This document shows, in pieces, positions 61,438-64,000 of a DNA stretch of 64,000 nucleotides. Origin of the DNA: Paraphysomonas bandaiensis (taxonomy: Eukaryota > Protista > Chrysophyceae); assembly GCA_965644295.1 (NCBI GenBank), contig CBFFRP010000280.1, forward strand, positions 62,001 through 126,000, written 5' to 3'. The translations under genes were made by a program, and so were the position numbers. The notes under the pieces were generated by a model that saw nothing but the letters and a program-made list of their open reading frames with translations, was not told where the DNA came from and did not search any database. How positions within the stretch are numbered: the first letter of the stretch is position 1; each line of letters opens with the position of its first letter.

Positions 61438-62489
61438 ATGGCAAGTGCATTATATGATCACACACCAGTAGTTTCAGAAGGTTTCCTCCAAGTTTCCCCC
61501 GTTCATCGTATATTTTACCAGGTGTATGGGCAAGATTACGACACTGCACCAGCTGCAGTCTTCTTACATGGCGGTCCTGCTGCCGGCTGTGATCCTCTAA
61601 GAGCACATCGATTTTTTGATCCATCGTTTTACAAAATCGTTGTCTTTGATCAGCGTGGAAGTGGACGATCTGAGCCCAACGCCGGAGTTGACACTGAAAA
61701 AGCCATGGAAGACAATAACACATGGACACTCGTGGAGGACATTGAAAAGCTGCGTATTCACTTGAGCATTCCCTATTGGCAGCTTGTGTTTGGTGGAAGT
61801 TTTGGTTCCTCATTATCGCTGGCATATAGCCAGACGTACCCCAGCATGGTAAAGTCCCTTGTACTGCGTGGTATTTTTCTCTTTCTACAAGAGGATATGG
61901 ATTGGCTATTTGAAGTAGGGGGAGCTTCTGAGATATATCCCGACAAGTTTGAGCGCTATGTTGGCCTCATACCTGAAGAAGAAAGGGGAAATATGATTGC
62001 AGCCTACAGGAAGCGCCTCACTTCCACGGATGATGAAGTCAGATTTGAAGCTGCAAGAAGATTTGTTGAGTGGGAACTAAATATTAGCAAGGCAACCTTC
62101 CATTTAATTAATTTGTAGGTTATATGCTTACTGAATATCTGTAGGTTCATGTGTGTGAAGAACGAATAAAGAAAACTCTCTCTAACGCACGGTCTTTTGC
62201 ACCTTTTGCTTTATTCGAATGCGTATTTTTTGAACAAAAGGGATATCTTACCTCTCCAACCCAGTTACTTGATAACTGCTCTCGCATAGCACACATTCCC
62301 TGCACCATTGTGCATGGAAGACAGGATATCGTATGCCGTCCCACCTGCGCATGGCAATTGCACAAAAGGCTTCCGCTAAGTACTGTGGAATTTATTCCGA
62401 ACGCAGGGCACAGCGACAGCGAACCTGGCACTGAAGCTGCTCTTGTTAAAGCAACCGATGCTATGAAAGCTCTTGCTCAACGACAATAG
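61438..62489 (+). CDS. pip: Proline iminopeptidase (S33), 2 exons, intron 62092-62144
   Basis: FLHGGP, FDQRGSGRS, NNTWTLVEDIEKLR, VFGGSFGS, LVLRGIF, IVHGRQDIVC, AGHSDSEPG. Confidence 0.93.
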
Positions 62490-63661
62490 AAAACTCAATT
62501 AAAACTGATGCGAATGGTATATCAACGGAATGTCATATACCAACCTTTAAAATATAGATGAATAATTGTAAAGTATAATCAAATGATTTCACAAAGTGAT
62601 TGGGGAATTAACAATCTAGTTGTAGCAATTGTTCAATTACGACATACTGAAAACCTCTTCAATGAGTTTTATAAGATTGCACTTAGTTAGAACACATTAC
62701 TCGTAGACAATTTCTGTACTACTGTTAGTAACGGGGTATATGTGCGTAGTAGCATATAATTTTAGAAGTTACGACTATGAATAGTTATACGATTGCGAAG
62801 AATGTGTTTGCGAATTTCGTTGAACTATAGCACAATTCTACAGTATCAACGATTGATTTAAGCTAATATCTCAGTGACACGGTAACTAAAGTCATTTCAG
62901 TTTGTAGGTCCTACTCACTACTTAACATTGGATTCAACACATATTCGTTTGATATTCCAAGATTATGGCATATGATAGCGATGCATGGATGTAATATAAT
63001 TTATTTTTATTTAATTACCATTCAAATCGAAAAGTAGCCTCGATCGTGCTCTTGTCATGATAAAAGGGTTAGATACAGTCACATAAAAGTGGTCGGGCAT
63101 ATGTAAACTAGTTTACACTATGCCCCAGTGTTCTTTATGACATCAACCCATACTCCAAAGAGGTTTGCTATGGTCATGATGGCATCACCAGAAAAGATTA
63201 GAGTGACTCTCTGCAAATGAGGCCCCACCATCACTGCAAAGTAGAGATTCCTGTGCACGACTAAACACTATAACGCAGTTTCCCATCCATGCTTGATGAT
63301 TAGTTACAGACTGCATGAATATCTACAGATGATATGGAAGTATTGGTTGTCCTTGTATATGATTCCTAGCTACACGATCATAGATAGATACACTAGATAC
63401 ATGGGAATTTTAGAGGCAAAAATTAGTTTTATACAAAAAAACGGAATATTCAGTATAAATTCCCTGAAAGGGTGTGTTTTTAGTGGGTGTGTATTTCATG
63501 GTCAGTATTGGTGCACACATACAGCAGCAGGTACATGTACTGTACATATCCACATATCTGCTGTACATGTATGTGTATTATACCAGTGGGCTGTGGGCAC
63601 AGAGTGGTGCACAGCATAGAGCAACATCTATTAATAAATTTCACTACAAAGCATTCGAAAT

Positions 63662-64000
63662 ATGGTGTTCTTTGTTTGTGAAGGTTGCAATGAATCTTTG
63701 AAAAAGAATCAGGTTGACAAGCATGCCCAGAGATGCTCCTCATGCTACGCAGTGACTTGTGTGGACTGCAGCAAAACCTTTCACGGAGACGACTATGCTG
63801 CACATGTAACATGCATCTCTGAAGCAGAAAAGTATGAGAAGTCTGTTTACAAACCAAAGGTATTTTATATTATTGTAATGAGTGGTATTGAACTCAATGC
63901 TGACTACAGAAGGAGAAACTAAACCCTCAAGATCTTTGGGTCCAAGCACTTCAAAATGCTGCTAATAGCGCGCATACTGCACCTGAAAATATTAGACCTT
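63662..64000 (+). CDS. LYAR: LYAR-type C2HC zinc-finger nucleolar protein (5' part, runs off the window)
   Basis: MVFFVCEGCNESLKKNQVDKHAQRC...VTCVDCSKTF..DYAAHVTCISEAEKYE. Confidence 0.9.

Noticed and set aside
1-64000. tRNA, rRNA, snRNA genes; alternative genetic code
   Set aside because: No cloverleaf or rRNA/snRNA signature was recognised by eye (tRNAscan-SE/Infernal would settle it). In-frame stops in conserved genes are explained by introns, and TAA, TAG and TGA all terminate genes.

Overview
Gene-dense eukaryotic nuclear DNA with short spliceosomal introns (mostly about 45-100 nt, GT-AG). Gene content is consistent with a stramenopile protist, possibly a chrysophyte (inference). It holds about 20 protein genes: a C2/kinesin-3/FHA/WW motor, a helical-repeat RAP protein, an MBL hydrolase, RNase Z, a cyclin-Y-like protein, a sterol desaturase-family enzyme, WDR76, a NEK kinase, BUB2/Cdc16, a secreted alpha/beta hydrolase, a ~2,150-aa multidomain signalling protein, RPS3, an acylated EF-hand protein, a CLC, proline iminopeptidase, LYAR (partial) and three orphans. 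Mobile DNA includes an internally deleted MULE with TIRs, a three-copy ~125-bp dispersed repeat and a long palindrome next to a possible tyrosine-recombinase remnant. The best candidate for an undescribed system is the giant protein, which joins a degenerate ATP-grasp-like N-terminus, a pseudo-receiver, a serine-less alpha/beta hydrolase, six IQ motifs, a coiled coil, SAM and ankyrin repeats. Other highlights are a CLC with the gating Glu replaced by Lys (and central Ser by Gly) and a kinesin-3 with an internal motor behind C2 and Sfi1-like repeats. Exon boundaries were read by eye and no database searches were run.
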